This document shows positions 32,860 through 56,499 of a stretch of DNA of 64,000 bases, piece by piece (position 1 is the stretch's first letter; each line of letters starts with the position of its first letter). The position numbers were made by a program, and so were the translations under genes. The stretch spans positions 310,001-374,000 of the forward strand of contig CM074812.1 in assembly GCA_037447605.1 (NCBI GenBank), given 5' to 3'. A model generated the notes under the pieces. The model was not told the DNA's origin and ran no database searches. It was given only the letters and a program-made list of their open reading frames with translations. Source of the DNA: Zygnema circumcarinatum SAG 698-1b. Taxonomy: Eukaryota > Plantae > Zygnematophyceae.

Positions 32860-34127
32860 AAGGTATGACATATCTGTTTGTGTGTTTGCGTACTGAATGC
32901 GTATCATTCTGGATTTCAAATCTTTTAACTTTTGTGTCCCCTTTTTTTGCAGCGGTCTACCTGCTGGCAATGTATGCTCGTTCAGACATGCGGCGCATGG
33001 AAGAGGTAAGGCCTTTAATTATTTACTTTCGTTTGTTGGAGATGTGAGCGCAAATGGATGAAATTATAAAATTTAATGTCACCAGCATTGAGACTGACTT
33101 TTAGCGTTGTTTCCGTATTTTTTCTCAGGAAATGAGGGTGTCTGAAGCGGCGGAGTTGCAGAAGAAGATCGAAAGTTTGGAGAGGAAAGAGTTGGGAGAG
33201 GTGAGAGAGAAGAAGAGAGAGAGAGAGTGGTGGAGGTGGTGGGAGAGGGGAGAGGGAGAGGCATTGAAGATGAGTGAGAAGGGAGGTTTTGGGAAAGGGT
33301 TAGAAGAGAACAATGTTAAGATTAAAGCAGAAACCAATTCGGGCAGCATAGAAAGTAAAGTAATGGAGGAAATTAATGTGCTGAAGTTACGGCTGGAGGA
33401 GTTGGAGAGAGAGGTGAAAGGGCGAGGAGAGAGGACAGGGGAAGGTAGAGGAGGGGAAGAGAGGGGCAGAGGAGTGGGGGAAGGAGAGAGTGGAAGAAGA
33501 GAGGGGGATGGAATGAGAGGGATAGGAGATGGCAATGGGGTGAAGGAAGGAGAGAGAGGGGGAGGAGATGGGAGAGGAGGTGGGGAAGGAGAGGCGAGGG
33601 TGGGGCAAGGGGGGGAGGGCAGAGAAGCAGGAAAGGAGGAGGCGAAGAGAGGAGATTGTGAGGGGAACATGAAGAAAGAAAAGGGAGAGATTGTGTTAAA
33701 GGGAGAGAGAAGGGAGGCTGTAGGGGAGGGAGAGACGAGGGAAGGAGGAAGAGAGGAAGGTCAGAAGGAAAGACAGAGTGGTGGGAGAGGCGGGGCGGAG
33801 AGAGATAGTGCAAAAGCAGAAGGCGAAAGTGAAGCGACAGCAGTTAAGCCTGGGAGAGAGAGAGACCCAATAGGGGAGAAAATAGTTCCTAATGGAGGGC
33901 CAAAGGTCAAAATATTTTCAACCGTAGAAAATCTAGAAGCTTCAGAAAGTACAGAAACGAAGGAGAGAGCAGCCACGGAGGAAAGTGGGACTTCATTGGA
34001 GGCACAGAAGGAGGGCAGGGAGCAGAGTATGGGAGAGAAGAGAGAGAGAGGGAGAGAGAGGGGGAGTTGGAGAGACATCGGGAGGATTTTGGGTTTCAGC
34101 AGTGGAAGTAGGCAGGCAGAAGAATAG
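32094..34127 (+). CDS. Conserved plant hypothetical protein (one hydrophobic segment plus coiled coil, low-complexity C-terminus)
   Basis: Exons 32094-~32293, ~32437-32504, ~32953-33005, ~33130-34127 splice in frame to ..DRLG|LNRLFRLDFHIWQAFVACMPPL|AVYLLAMYARSDMRRMEE|EMRVSEAAELQKKIE. This resembles a DFHxWQxFxACMPxxAVYLxAxYARx+MR+ME motif remembered from uncharacterised land-plant proteins. Confidence 0.7.
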
Positions 34128-34481
34128 GGTGAAAGAGCAAAATTCTTCCCCCCCCCGCCTTACTTCTTAAGTACAGTTTTGTTTGCATATGTATTGCATC
34201 GCCTGATTCAGGCTTTGGGCAAAAAGAACACATGACTTCTTCGCATGCTCCGTGTGAGCTCGTTCTGTTTACAATTTTTAGGGTTCCAATTTTTTAGGTT
34301 CGTTTGGGAACAGGGCTTGAAATTCTCTGTCAGAACAGGGCCATGCAGAAACTGCCTTTCCATGCACATACAGACTCAGTTCAAACAAATCGGACACCGA
34401 TATTACATTCCATGCAAATGTATCTTTACAGAGCTGATTGCCTGCTTAGTCACCTGCACTACATGCATCTACCCCCCCCCC

Positions 34482-34514
<33 letters not shown>

Positions 34515-35189
34515 GATCTCTCTCCCTATCTATGAACGGCGGTACAGTGAAACTCAATGACTTATTGATTCGACCCTCAGAATCACCAATCCTGCCATGA
34601 ATGCCTACACGGTTCTTCCTACACATCACATCACATCACGCGAAGGCGACATCATGTGATGTCGCCGGCGCATGCAATCTATGTACATATGATGATGCAG
34701 CTCCTGAATTATGTACAAACAGACATTAGAACCAAAATGCACCAAGTCCTGACCTACCGCTTTTCTCACCTCCGACCAAAACTGAGCATCTCCTTCTCCT
34801 TCTCCTTCCTCCTCTCATGGCTGTTCGAGAAAAAACACGAAATTCCGAACCCTAAAATCTGAATCCTAAAGCCTAAATCCTACACCTGACACTCAAAATT
34901 CAAACCCCGAGTGCCCCCAATGAAGTAGAGTTCGGTATCTCTCCTTCGACTTCTTCCCAAAAAATGAGAGACGACTGTACACAATGCTCTCAATCCCCTG
35001 CCCCTCCCTCTCCCTCTCCCTCTCCCTCTCCCTCTCCCTCTCCCTCTCCCGCTCCTTCCCACATTACGACCTCGAAAATGTGAGTACTTTTTTCAGTTTA
35101 GCATTTGCACCAGACCCTCCAAAACTTCAATATCCTTTCTCCCCAACCCACTTCGTGTTCGCAATATGCGAAACTCACGAAGTTTTCTT

Positions 35190-36083
35190 TCAGATCATCG
35201 AAACCAAATCAGAGGATGACCCACTCCCAAAAAGTGAAGCAGTGGTAGCCAAAGCGAGCAACCCCATCTGAACATGCTGCGAAGCAATCAGACTGCGACC
35301 CCTCGCCCCTCTCCCTTCACAGTTAGGCACAGCCAACGAGAAGATCCCTGTCCCAGTTTCCGTAACTCCGTTCGACGAACCGGCTGCCGACACCTGGCAG
35401 GCTCGGCTTCTCCCAATCCGAGTATGTCCTCTAAAACGAGCCGCCACCGGCCCTCCCTTTACCCCCATAGGCTCTCCCCATGGCAGGACAGCTGTCGCTT
35501 TCCCATTGGCCGGTGCCACCTCAGCACCAACCAGAGGCCACCACATCTGCCTCCTCTGCTCCCTTTGAAGCTTTCGAAGTCTCCGCGTTTCCCGGCGGAC
35601 GATTCCATTAAGGGCCAAAGTGTAATTTCGAGGGTCGTGATCTCTCGAGATCGAGCCATCTGAGCCGTAGGATCCGGGATCTGCGAGAATCTCGAGGGGG
35701 TGGGGGTTGTTCAAGATTGCACGCTGAGCTGCACGAACCTCGACGTGACACGTGGCACGCTCTGAGGGGAGAACTGCATCGTTCTGCTTAGGGTGCCGGA
35801 TTCGGTACAGTCCGGTGCCACGTGGCAGCAGGGCATGCTTCGGAGCCTGCCGCTCTTCTGGCTGTAGAACTACCATGGTGCCCATGGGAGCGTACATCAA
35901 TCTCTGCAAATAAACAAATAAACAAATAAACAAGTCAATAATTAGAACCCAAAAGAAAAAAAAAAAAAAAAAAAAAAGAAGACTAAGAGATGCGACTAAT
36001 GGCAAATTTAAAGGAGCTTTCAAACCCTGGAAGAACTGGGCTGCTTCAAAAGCCTCTAAGAGACTGGAATTGGAGCCCCCCTC

Positions 36084-36117
<34 letters not shown>

Positions 36118-39100
36118 CTCTCACTCTCACTCTCACTCTCTCTCTCTTCTCTCTACTCTCTCTCTCCCCCCTTCAACCCTAGAAACTGGGCCTTTTTTGT
36201 GTACCTGATGAAGAAGGCAATGATGGTCTCTGAATGATGTGCTCATCCTCCTTAAAACCTCCGCAACATGGTCCGGATAGTCGCATGCAAAAGCCCTCGG
36301 AACGAGGTCTCTATGCATCATCACATTCTTCACATAAGCATGATGGAGCCCGAGAGAGAGGAGAAGATGGTCTCCTCCACACATGATAGATGGTGACCCA
36401 AATGTGTATACGGGTTGGAGACATTTTCTAGGGACTGCCCCTCTAACATGCATCATCAGGTTAAGGAGGGTGGCAAGACTCCCTCCTAGAGAGTGGCCTG
36501 TTAGGAAGATTTTGGCCTTGTCTTCTCCGTGTTCTTCTATGAAGGAGATGATTTGTGGGAGGAGGGTGTTATAGAGAGCTTGAGCTGCTTCATACATTCC
36601 GCGATGGACCATTACTCCCAAAGAGGGGTCGTCGAATACGACAGGATCGAAGGAGATGTTTGTCTGCCAACTGGCAAGGGAGTCTGAACCCTGTTTCAAA
36701 GAAAAAGAAGGAAAAGGAGTTTAGTAAAAGCAGAGGGAAGGAAGGAGGAAAGCGAGGAAGGGAGGGAGGGTCGAAAGGGAGGAAGGAAGGAAGAAAGGAA
36801 GGACGGGAGGGAGGGAAGGTAACGAGGGAGGAAGGAAGGACGAAAGGAAGGAACGGAGGCAGGGTTGGGAGGGAGGAAGGGAGAGAGGGAAAAGGGAGGG
36901 AGGGTAGGTAGAGAGGAAGGAACGAAGGAAGTATGGAAGGGAGGGAGAGAAGAAAGTCTGAGTTAGTTTTCTACACACCTGAATGACGAGATATCGAGAA
37001 GTTGTATCCAACTTATCGCAGCAAAACCACTCGCAAGGACAAGACAAAGGAGAGGCAGGCCCCTTCTTCTTGCTGCTCTCAATGGCTCCTCCAACCATGG
37101 CTGCTGTGGCAACAACAGCCATCTCTTCTGTCTCTCCCACTGGGCTTCTCCTCTCCCCTCCCACTCCTCCCTTCTTCTCCTCCTCATCCTCTCTCGCCCT
37201 CATGATCTCCTGTACCTCTCTCTCTGCTTCCTCACTCAACTCTATAGAATCAACCACATCCGACGACACATTCTCACTTCCAGGCTCCCGTTCCCTCACT
37301 ACCTTCTCTTCTCCTTCCCCTGCAATTCTTTCTATGTCTGCCGAAGTAGCTTCTCCTTCCTTATCCTCCTCTACTGAAACCTTCTCACCACCCATATCCT
37401 CAACCTTCTCCTCTGCCATTGCTCCTATTCCCCCCTCCCCTCCTTCAAGTGGGGCAATTCCAGCTTGAAGGAGGCCTGCTACCTCACCACTTGTCTTTCC
37501 ATCACCCCCATCTTCTTCTCTCCTCTTTTCTCTCTCCTTATCCTTCTCACTTGACCCTCCCTTTGGTAGCAAAGCCATGGATTGGGACTGCAGGTATGAA
37601 GCTGCAGCGGCTGCAAGGGAGTATGCAGTAGCGGGAGAGAGACCTTCACCTCTCTCTTTCTCTACCTCTCCCATCTCCTCATCACCCTCTCCTCCATTGC
37701 AGCCCGAGTCCCCTTCTTTCCCCGCCTTCTTTCCCGCCAGTTCGAGCTTCATTTTCTCCTTCGCCGCCTGCTCCGCCTTCACAGCGAGAGAGCTTGTGAC
37801 ATATTTGAAGCGATACTTCCGGTACAAATCTGCAGGCTGTTTCAAAGAAAAACCAAAAATAAATAAAATGGGAAAAGAAAAGAAAAGAAAAACCGAAAGA
37901 AAAAAGTAAGGACAAGTATCATTAACTCTTCTCTCACTGTAATGTTCTCTCCCTCCCCTCTCCCAATTCTTTCGTTCGTTCCCTCAACCAACCCCCTCTC
38001 TCTCGTTCCCTCTCTGAGCATAGTCATCTTGATCACATCTCCCTCTTTCCCTCTTCTCACTCCCTTCATCTGCACAGACAACTTAATTTTCCCTCTTCCT
38101 CCCGCTCTCTCACTCTCTCTACCTGCAGAGACAGCTTCATAATCATTTTTTCCTCACTTTCTCTCATTCCCTTGATCTGCAAAGACATATTGATCCCCTC
38201 CGCCCACCACCTTCGCCCCCTCCCATTCTTCCATATACCCCTGACATGCTCCCTTTCTCTCCTTCACCTCCACAATAACCCAGCCTCTTCCAGAAAACAA
38301 ATTGTCTCAAACCTCAATCCAAAAGAGATATGTATATATATATATATAGAACGAGAGAGAGAGAGCGAGAGAGAAAGAGTGTGGAAAGGGAGAAAGACAG
38401 AGGGCGAGCAAGAGAGAGAAGAGGGGGAAAGGGGAAGGGGAGAGAGTGAGAGGTCGCGCGAGGGAGAGAGAGAGAACTCACGTTGATCTGCGGAATTGTG
38501 TATGCCATATCACATAGGACAGACATGACCGTCATAGTCCGAAGCTCCACAGGATCCACCTCCTCCAAAAATCTGCTCATGCTCTCCTCCGTGTGGACCT
38601 CCTTCACCCTCTCCGCCTCTCTCACCAAGGGATTCCTCAGCCCCCTCTCTCCTACTCCCTCTCGCACTTTCTCTACCTCTCCCTCTCCATCCTCACACAC
38701 CTGGCAGGCCCCACACTCCCCACACCGGCTGGATCCTCTCACTGCCTTCAAATTCTCAATCGCCTTCATTGCATTGCTGCTTTCATCGCCAGAATCTTTC
38801 TCCTCCCCCCTCTCTCCCTCCCTCTCTCCCACTACCCTCTCCTTCTGCTGCTGCTCCTGCCTCCAGTGGGAGAGAGTAGCCATAGCCCAGACACTCGTTT
38901 TCAAAGGCTTCTTCCCCGAGTCCCCCATAGCTGGATCCGTATACTTCCTGTCTGTGTTTTCATCAGGCTTTTTCTCCATCTGCTTGACGGCAGCCGCCCT
39001 AATGTGAGCCCTAAGGCCCCTCCAGAGAGAATGAAATCCAAGCATGTAGGGGCTCCATCCGCGCCCCTCCCTCTCCCTCTGCTCCTCCTCCTTTCCGTAT

Positions 39101-39741
39101 TGATCAGCACTCACAACAATAGCCAGCTGCTCCTTCCTCTCCGCCATGTCCTCCTCCCCTCTCTCTCTCCCTCCTCCCTCACTCTCTCTATTCCAATCCT
39201 CGCCCACTTCCTCAAACTCCTCCTCCTCCTCCTCCTCCCCAGCAAGCCCATCTCCTCCTCTTCCATGCTCATCCACCCCCCCCTCCGTTCCAAATTCCGT
39301 AAAACGCTCATTCTGCATGGAACAACCCTGCTCGCTCCCATCCCTTTCAGGCGTCAAAACCAAGCAGTTTTCCGTCAAATTGCTTCCAGATTTCGCCCTT
39401 TCTTGACGCGGATCCGCCGCCTCTCTGAACCATAGAAACTGAAGCGGTAAGGGAAACGGCGACTTTGGCGGAATCGGCAACGGAGACAACATGGAACCTG
39501 CTCTCTGCCCTTCAGATTGTGAGGGAGGGGAGGAGGCAGAGAGGTCCTTCAATCCTGACTTGAATTGCCCCTGTTCACACCTCTCCAGGGGTGCCAGCTG
39601 TCCCGGCAGATCCACGCTGCTGCTGCCATTACCGGTGCTTCTGCTGCTGCTGCTTCCGCCACTGCTGCCACGTGTCACTACTAGGAAACCCCTCGAAGTT
39701 AGGGTTTGGTGAAAAGCCGCCGACGAATGAACCGCCAACAT
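35190..39741 (-). CDS. PLIP-type plastid phospholipase A1 (class 3 lipase), 4 exons
   Basis: Exons 39741-38482, 37836-36979, 36690-36205, 35903-35190. Motifs: LCDMAYTIPQI, YVTSSL, SCPCEWFCCD, VIQGSDSLASWQTN, VHRGMYEAA, lipase GHSLGG, YTFGSP, HRDLVPRAF, HPLEILAD..YGSDGSISRDHD, ASQHVQMG. These match the PLIP1/2/3 family. Confidence 0.93.
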
Positions 39742-42504
39742 GGCTACCTCACCTACCACCCCCTTTCCCTCCCTCCCTCCCTCTTTCTCTCTCTCTCTCC
39801 CCCCTCTCTCTCTCTCTGTCTCTCTCCCTCCCTCTCTCCCTCTCCCTCTCCCTCTCCCTCTCCCTCTCCCTCTCTCCCTATCCAGCCTGCCTCGTCTCCC
39901 CTTCGGCCCTTACCACAACCTGACGGCCCACCGCTCTTCAAGAGGGCAAAAACCCCCTATCTTAAGAAAACTAAGGGGGGGGAGCGCCCTTCGTCACCCA
40001 GCGGCCCATGTCTTCCCCGACACGTACGTCGCGCGTGCGAGTACGCTCGCCCTCCGCCACGCCACGCTCTGATTGGCCGAGAGCCACACACCGTCCGCGG
40101 CGGCCCATGTGTTTCAGAAATCGCACTCTAAAAAATACAGAGAGGAAAATTTCGAATTTTCCTGACTTGTGGTCGAAAGTGATCTCCACCGTCCGTTCGG
40201 TTCGTATTTCAATCTGAGCCGTCCTTTTTCGGCCAAAGGGGCGGAAAATTGGGAAATGACGTGGCGCAATATAAGGCGCAAAGTGAGTCTGACGTGGTGG
40301 CAGGTTCAGGCTGCTTGAGCACCAGCCACGTCGACGACCAATGGGAGAGCGGCGTCACAAGTGCGGGGCCGCTAGCTGACAAGACTTGGGTGCTCTAGAA
40401 GCTGGCAGGCGGCTCTCCACCGACAAAAAAGATTGACCAAAATCCGGAGCCGCGTCTGGTTGGGGGCTTTTCACGTCAGGGTCTTGACTGCGTTGACGAC
40501 ACGTGGAGCTTGGAATCGGTTTAAAGCGCCGAGCAGCCGCCACCTCAGGGACAGTCCAGCCAGGTCAAGATTTTGGGGCTCCAACAGGGCGCCACGTCAC
40601 CGCAAGTCATCGCTTACGTGGCACGGGCACTTTTCCGCGTCCAAATTCCGTACGGAATACCCGTCGGCACTCGGCGGCGCATTTTTGGCCCTTGGAACGG
40701 TCGAAATTTGGAGGATAATACGACAGCCCAACGTGTACGAACGTACGAATATAACACGGGGACCAATGACATATAACCAGGTGTCACCTACCGACGCCGG
40801 TAGATTTTTCGTACAGTGAACCTTCCGCCGGAAATTTTATTTTCTGCATTTTGGATACGGTAACGGACAGGCAAAATTTCGTCTACGTACTGAATAAACT
40901 AACAAAAGTTGTGGGGATGGAAACATGTTTCATTAGTACTCATGAGTACAATGTTGCTTGTTGTTCTTGTTTAAAACTCCCTCAAAATTCTAACTACAGT
41001 AACGCTTAATTTGAACTATTAGCAAGCATTGTCCAACCGCACTACATGTGTACTCGACACGTGGCGAGACACAGATGCTCGAGTCTTGCTGGCAATGGAG
41101 AAAAGGGCCCATCAGAAAGGCGTGTGTCTCTCGTTAAAGTTAAATAGACTAAAGTCACGCCGACCCCTTCAACGGTCACTTTCAGCGTCAAGCTCTCAGC
41201 GCCGTCGATTTTGTCACATCAGCAATATCGGACGGCGCACGTTGCACTTCATGTCACGGTCAAACCAATGATATTATGGCACATGGCAGCTTTCTGGAAA
41301 GGCAATAATGACACCATGCCACGTGGCATCTCTTTGGCCACGTGACTTGCAGGGCGGTGCAGTCCCGTTGAAACCCGTCTTTGCCGTTCTATGCCAAATC
41401 GGAAAACCAGTTCCACTAGAACTGCCGCATAGAGCGAAAATTGCTAACTGAACTGAACTGAACTGGACTTTGAACATTTACTTATACCGTTCGACACACA
41501 AGCTCATGGAACACAGTTAGGGTTTGTGGAGGTGCTCTCGGGCGGCCTTCCTCCCCCACCACTCATCACAGGCTCTCATTTGCCTTCAATTTTTACGTGT
41601 ACAAGGAGGGAGGCTTGCTCCTGAAGGGATTCAGCATATCAAGTATGTGTTCTCTGCATCGCATATATTTTCTGAAATGAGAGGGCTTACTTTTCAGTCT
41701 GTCCCTGCATCAAGGACTTCAGGGCAGCAATGCCCATGCATGCATGTATCCAGGCATGCATGTGCTTGTGCTTCCGCAGAGCATGTTTGTGCACAGGCAT
41801 GCATGTATGGATGTGCACATGTATACATGCGTTCATGCATGAGTTTAGAAAGCTGGCAGGGGGCATCAGACATGGCCATGTACATGTATCCATGATGCCA
41901 TGCAATTCATCATGCGCATGCTTCTGCACAGCCATAAGCAGTTCTGGCGGCAACATGCAAATGTGGATCGGAGAGAAAGGGAAAGAGAGATGCAGATCGG
42001 ATCCAAAACAAAAAAAAAAATCTATCGCATGGCTGCGTCAGGGCTCTGTCTTTTTGCTTTTGTCTCTATGGGGCTTCTCCAACCTGCCTTTTCATCTCCC
42101 CTCCTCAGAGGATCCTCTTTTGATCCCTCTCCTCTCCCTCTCCCTCTCCTTCTCCCTCTCCCTCTCTCTCCCTCTCCCTCTCCCTCTCCCTCTCCTTCTC
42201 CCTCTCCCTCTCCTTCTCCCTCTCCCTCTCCTCTCCCTCTCCCTCTCCCTCTCCCTCTCCCTCTCCCTCTCCCTCTCCCTCTCCCTCTCCCTCTCCCTCT
42301 CCCACTCCCTTTCCCTCAGTCAGATGTACCATTTAATGGGGAAAACTCTAACCCTAGTGGTTGCTTTTACCCGACAATGTGACAGGCTGTTTTTCGATAC
42401 TCTCCATTGAACTTGTCCTTACAAAAATGTTAATTTTTCATTTCAAATGTAAAGGCGCCTTTACTTAGTTAGGCCTTGAACTGTTGCGATTTCTTAAAGA
42501 AGTA

Positions 42505-44769
42505 ATGGCGAGAGCCCCTCTCGATCCTTCGAAGCTTGTTCCGGAGACTATCGATGGCATTCCGGGCGACATTCCCGTTATAACATACACAGAGAAGGTG
42601 ATATCTTCTGTGCCTCACTTGAACCTCACTCCGAAGGTCATAAACTGTGTTTAGTTTCGTATTAAACAAACTGAATTGGTTCATGTGATTCTCATTGTTT
42701 GAACATTTCTGCGCTTTTTGGGGTTTAAAGGATTTCTCGATAAGATTAGCTTATAATTCGAGATGGTCGTCGGCAAGAATGTGGTGAAAACCAAACAGTT
42801 GACTTTTTGAATTTAAATTTAGTATCTCGCGAGTGGATCAACTAGCATACGATTATTCATAAAATTCTTTTGGCATTGACGATAGTATAACGTGATGGGC
42901 GGCCTCTCCTCGAAACCCTAAAATTCTAATTACTGAATCTCTCGTATCTCCTGTGTTGCGAATTTGGAGTTTATGAACAGGTCTTGGAAGCTAAGGAGAA
43001 GGTTCTGCGAAAGTGAGTTCGAACCCATTTTCTTTACTAAAGGAAAGCAAATTGATTTATCCTTTATCATGAATGCCTTCCCCCCCCCTTCCCTCCCTCT
43101 CCCTCCTCTTCTCCTATTCTCGCCTCCCCTCACCCTCCCCACCCCTCCCTCGCAGGCTCAACTTAGACCTAAAGCAAATTCTTCAATCTTTCCAATCCGC
43201 AGGTACATAGAAGAAAACTATGCCAAACTTCAAAGTGTGGAGAAGGAGTTGGCTGCTCTCACCTTGGAAGTGAAGCTCACGTCGGGCTCGAAAAAGGCAG
43301 GTAAGGTCCACAGAATATTTTTAAAGTGTTTTTGATTTTTTAGTGAGCCCCTGATCCCTTCAAAGCGGGCTTTTGGTATTACAACCTCTTGACACTTTTC
43401 TATCTGTTAATAACCTAAAGAAATTTCAACCTCCTTTTCTGTAATTTAAAGGGTTCCGGCATTGCCAAAGGGAGTCTTGCCTTTTAAGTCCTTCAAATTT
43501 CTGCATGTCTTGACTTATTCTGCAGCTTTGGAGCATTTACGACGCAAAATCGAGCAATCTTCAGAAAAGATTAAGGCGGCGAGGTCAAAGGAAGAAGCTG
43601 CTAAGAAGGTATCTCCTTCGGAACATCACTTCTAACAGCTACTTTCAATCTATTTTCTTTTTAATTTTATTTCCCTCCTTTCTTTCTTTCTTTGTTGTTT
43701 GATTTGATTGTTTTTAAACTCATTTCCATGGAGCTGCAGGCGTGGGAGGGGGCAGCGAAGGCAGTGGCGGATGAAGAGGTGGTGAAGGCGAGTCTCTGCT
43801 CGGACCTGAAGACAATGGTGAGCTCAAACAGCTCCTCTTTCTGCTCCTTAATGTGAGGCCTATGGGCTATGGGGATGTATGCAGACATCCATGCATGCAT
43901 ACATACATACATGCACGCATGCATGCATGGATGGAGGTATGCATGTTCGTACTACATGTATGCATCTATCCATCTTTGCATGTTGGTAATGCATGTTTTC
44001 ATGTGTATGCATGTATGCATGTATGGCAGGTAATGGATAGTATGTATGTATGTATGCATGTATGGGTAATTTCCTTCTCTATTCATCGGTATATTTTTCA
44101 TTGATTTCATTCTTTTTCGTATGGAGGTGTAAGGGGGGCATTAACGGCAGGTGGTGCACACATGGAACTGTGGCTGATGATGGGTTTGGCGGCTTTCTAA
44201 CAGGTGCAAGAAAGCGCCATGCAACAATATCAGAGATTGGAGGAGCTCACTCGGAAATTGGACGCGCTGAACCCTGATCTCGCCGGGGGGGTGTACGAGG
44301 TTTTGGAGGGATTAAGGGCCAAGATTGCGCCACATGGCCTGCCCGTATTGGTCCGGCTCGTCTCCCTCTCTCTCCCTCTCTCTCTCTCCCATATCAGATC
44401 CTCATGTGCTTTTGTTTTTGCTTTCTCTTTTTTAGTTTTTTGAAATGTGTTTTTTTCTTTTACTTAATGCAGGCTGATGCAAATCCCGGGCAGACCCAAT
44501 CCGCCAATGAGCAGGCTCAGCCGGAAGCTGTCAGCCAAGAAGGTGCAAAGGAGGGTAATCCGGGCAGTGAGAGTCAAAACATTTCAGCAGCTGCCCAGCC
44601 TGAGGGGCAGGTTTCTGAGAAAAAACCGGCGGCTGCTCACGTTCCGCTTAAGGGGAGGGGGAGAGGGCGCGGGCGGGGAAGAGGGGGCGGCTCTTTGGTC
44701 CTTAAACCTGGAAACCCAGGAAGCCAATGGACGGGAGCTGGGTTCAATGTTGACGATGTGGCAGAATAG
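42505..44769 (+). CDS. Kinectin-related coiled-coil protein (plant family)
   Basis: Exons 42505-42597 (tentative), 42981-43012, 43203-43300, 43526-43608, 43740-43817, 44204-~44299, 44473-44769. Spliced product: KEKVLRKYIEENYAKLQSVEKELAALTLEVKLTSGSKKAALEHLRRKIE..SLCSDLKTMVQESAMQQYQRLEELTRKLDALNP. It resembles Arabidopsis 'kinectin-related' proteins (from memory). Confidence 0.8.
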
Positions 44770-45535
44770 TGAATAGGTTGGTTCACTATCTATTTGTATT
44801 TTTTAAGTAGGTTTTAGGATTTCCTTTTTTGCAAAAGGGATTTCTTTTTATTCGGCATTCTTTTTCTTGAGAAAAAAAAGGGAAAAACGCCCACAAGCTT
44901 GTGTCGGTGTTGAGCTTAAAATTTTGAAATTAAAAGTTAAAACGATGTGCACATTGAGTTGAAGACGTTTCGGGAGTTTAGGCTTTACAGAATTTTCCAG
45001 CAGACCCAGACGTGGCAGTCAGACAAACAGACAGACAAACATACAGTCAGACAGACAGTCGACATACAGACGGACATACATACAGACATAGACAGACAGG
45101 CAGATACAGACAGACAGACGGACAGACAGAGACAGACAGACGGAGAGAGAGGGAGACTAACAACAGACAAACAGGAGCAGACTTTATTGAGACACTTTTC
45201 ATATTTCCAAAATGCTCAAAAGACTCTCTTTTATTAGTACCACGTTACATGCTTCCAGACAGGTTTTGCAGGGAACCCCTCCTGACTGCAAAAACCTTCC
45301 GGTGAGCGTTCACACGGAGTGAACGGGTTCAGAATATGATGAGATGATGATGTATGTGATATCTTCTAATGATGATATATGATATTACTGTCTATACAAT
45401 ATGGTAAACTTAATTCGGTAAAACGTCAAAACTACGTCCCGATTATGATACAGTAAATCACATTCCACATACGATTCAATCTGATCACTCTCCCTCGCTC
45501 TCGCTCTCCCTCTCCCTCTCCCAAGAAAACCTCAA

Positions 45536-45635
45536 NNNNNNNNNNNNNNNNNNNNNNNNNNNNNNNNNNNNNNNNNNNNNNNNNNNNNNNNNNNNNNNNN
45601 NNNNNNNNNNNNNNNNNNNNNNNNNNNNNNNNNNN
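45536..45635. other. Assembly gap (exactly 100 N, probably unknown true size)
   Basis: Run of 100 N. Other gaps lie at 1031-1313, 18208-18217 and 29271-29280. Confidence 0.95.
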
Positions 45636-45996
45636 GAGGGTGAGGGTGAGGGTGAGGTAGAGGGAGAGGGAGAGGGAGATGGAGAGGGAGAGGGAGGGGA
45701 GGGAGAGAGGGGTGACGGGAGGGAGAAGGAGAGGAAGGGAAGGAGAGGGAGGAAGCCGGAGGAGGGAGGCGAAACGACAGTGGAATTGGACGGAGGGGGA
45801 GGAAGGTGAGAGGGAGTGGGAATAAGAAAAGGAGAAGGGGAGGGAGAGGAGGGGGAGGGAGAGAGTTGCTCCAAGTTTTAGACGATCTAATACTTATCAT
45901 GATTCTCCTCTCCAAGGAGCAATTCAAGACTATAGCTTAAGATCTTTTAGGGATTTCACTGTTTCTAGGTTATTTAGGGTTTTCCGGGTTCAGCTT

Positions 45997-56209
<10,213 letters not shown>

Positions 56210-56499
56210 CTCCCGCTCTCTACCGCTCCCTCGCCCTCCCTTCTGTCACTCTCTCCCTCCCTCCTTCCTGTCCCTCTCAAGCTCCCTCCTAAATCGCGCC
56301 ATCTCTCTCTCTCTCTCTCTCGCTCTTTTTCTGCCTCTCTAGTTCAAGCTGTCACTCTCCGTACCCTCCTTCACCCTATCCCTCACTCTCCCGCTCCCCC
56401 TCCCGCTCTCTCTCCCTCTCCCTCTCCCTCTCCCTCTCCGCTCCTCTCTCGCTTTCCGCCCCTCTTCGGCGACGTCTCGACACCGACAGCTGTGAGCGC

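Noticed and set aside
41524-42410. ORFs upstream of the kinectin-related gene
   Set aside because: They consist of CATG and CT repeats with no recognisable domain, and are more likely 5' UTR, intron or intergenic sequence.
45860-45935. Candidate next ABCG exon (LERRIMISIRSS)
   Set aside because: The available acceptor gives an immediate stop in the required phase, and resemblance to the H-loop is weak.
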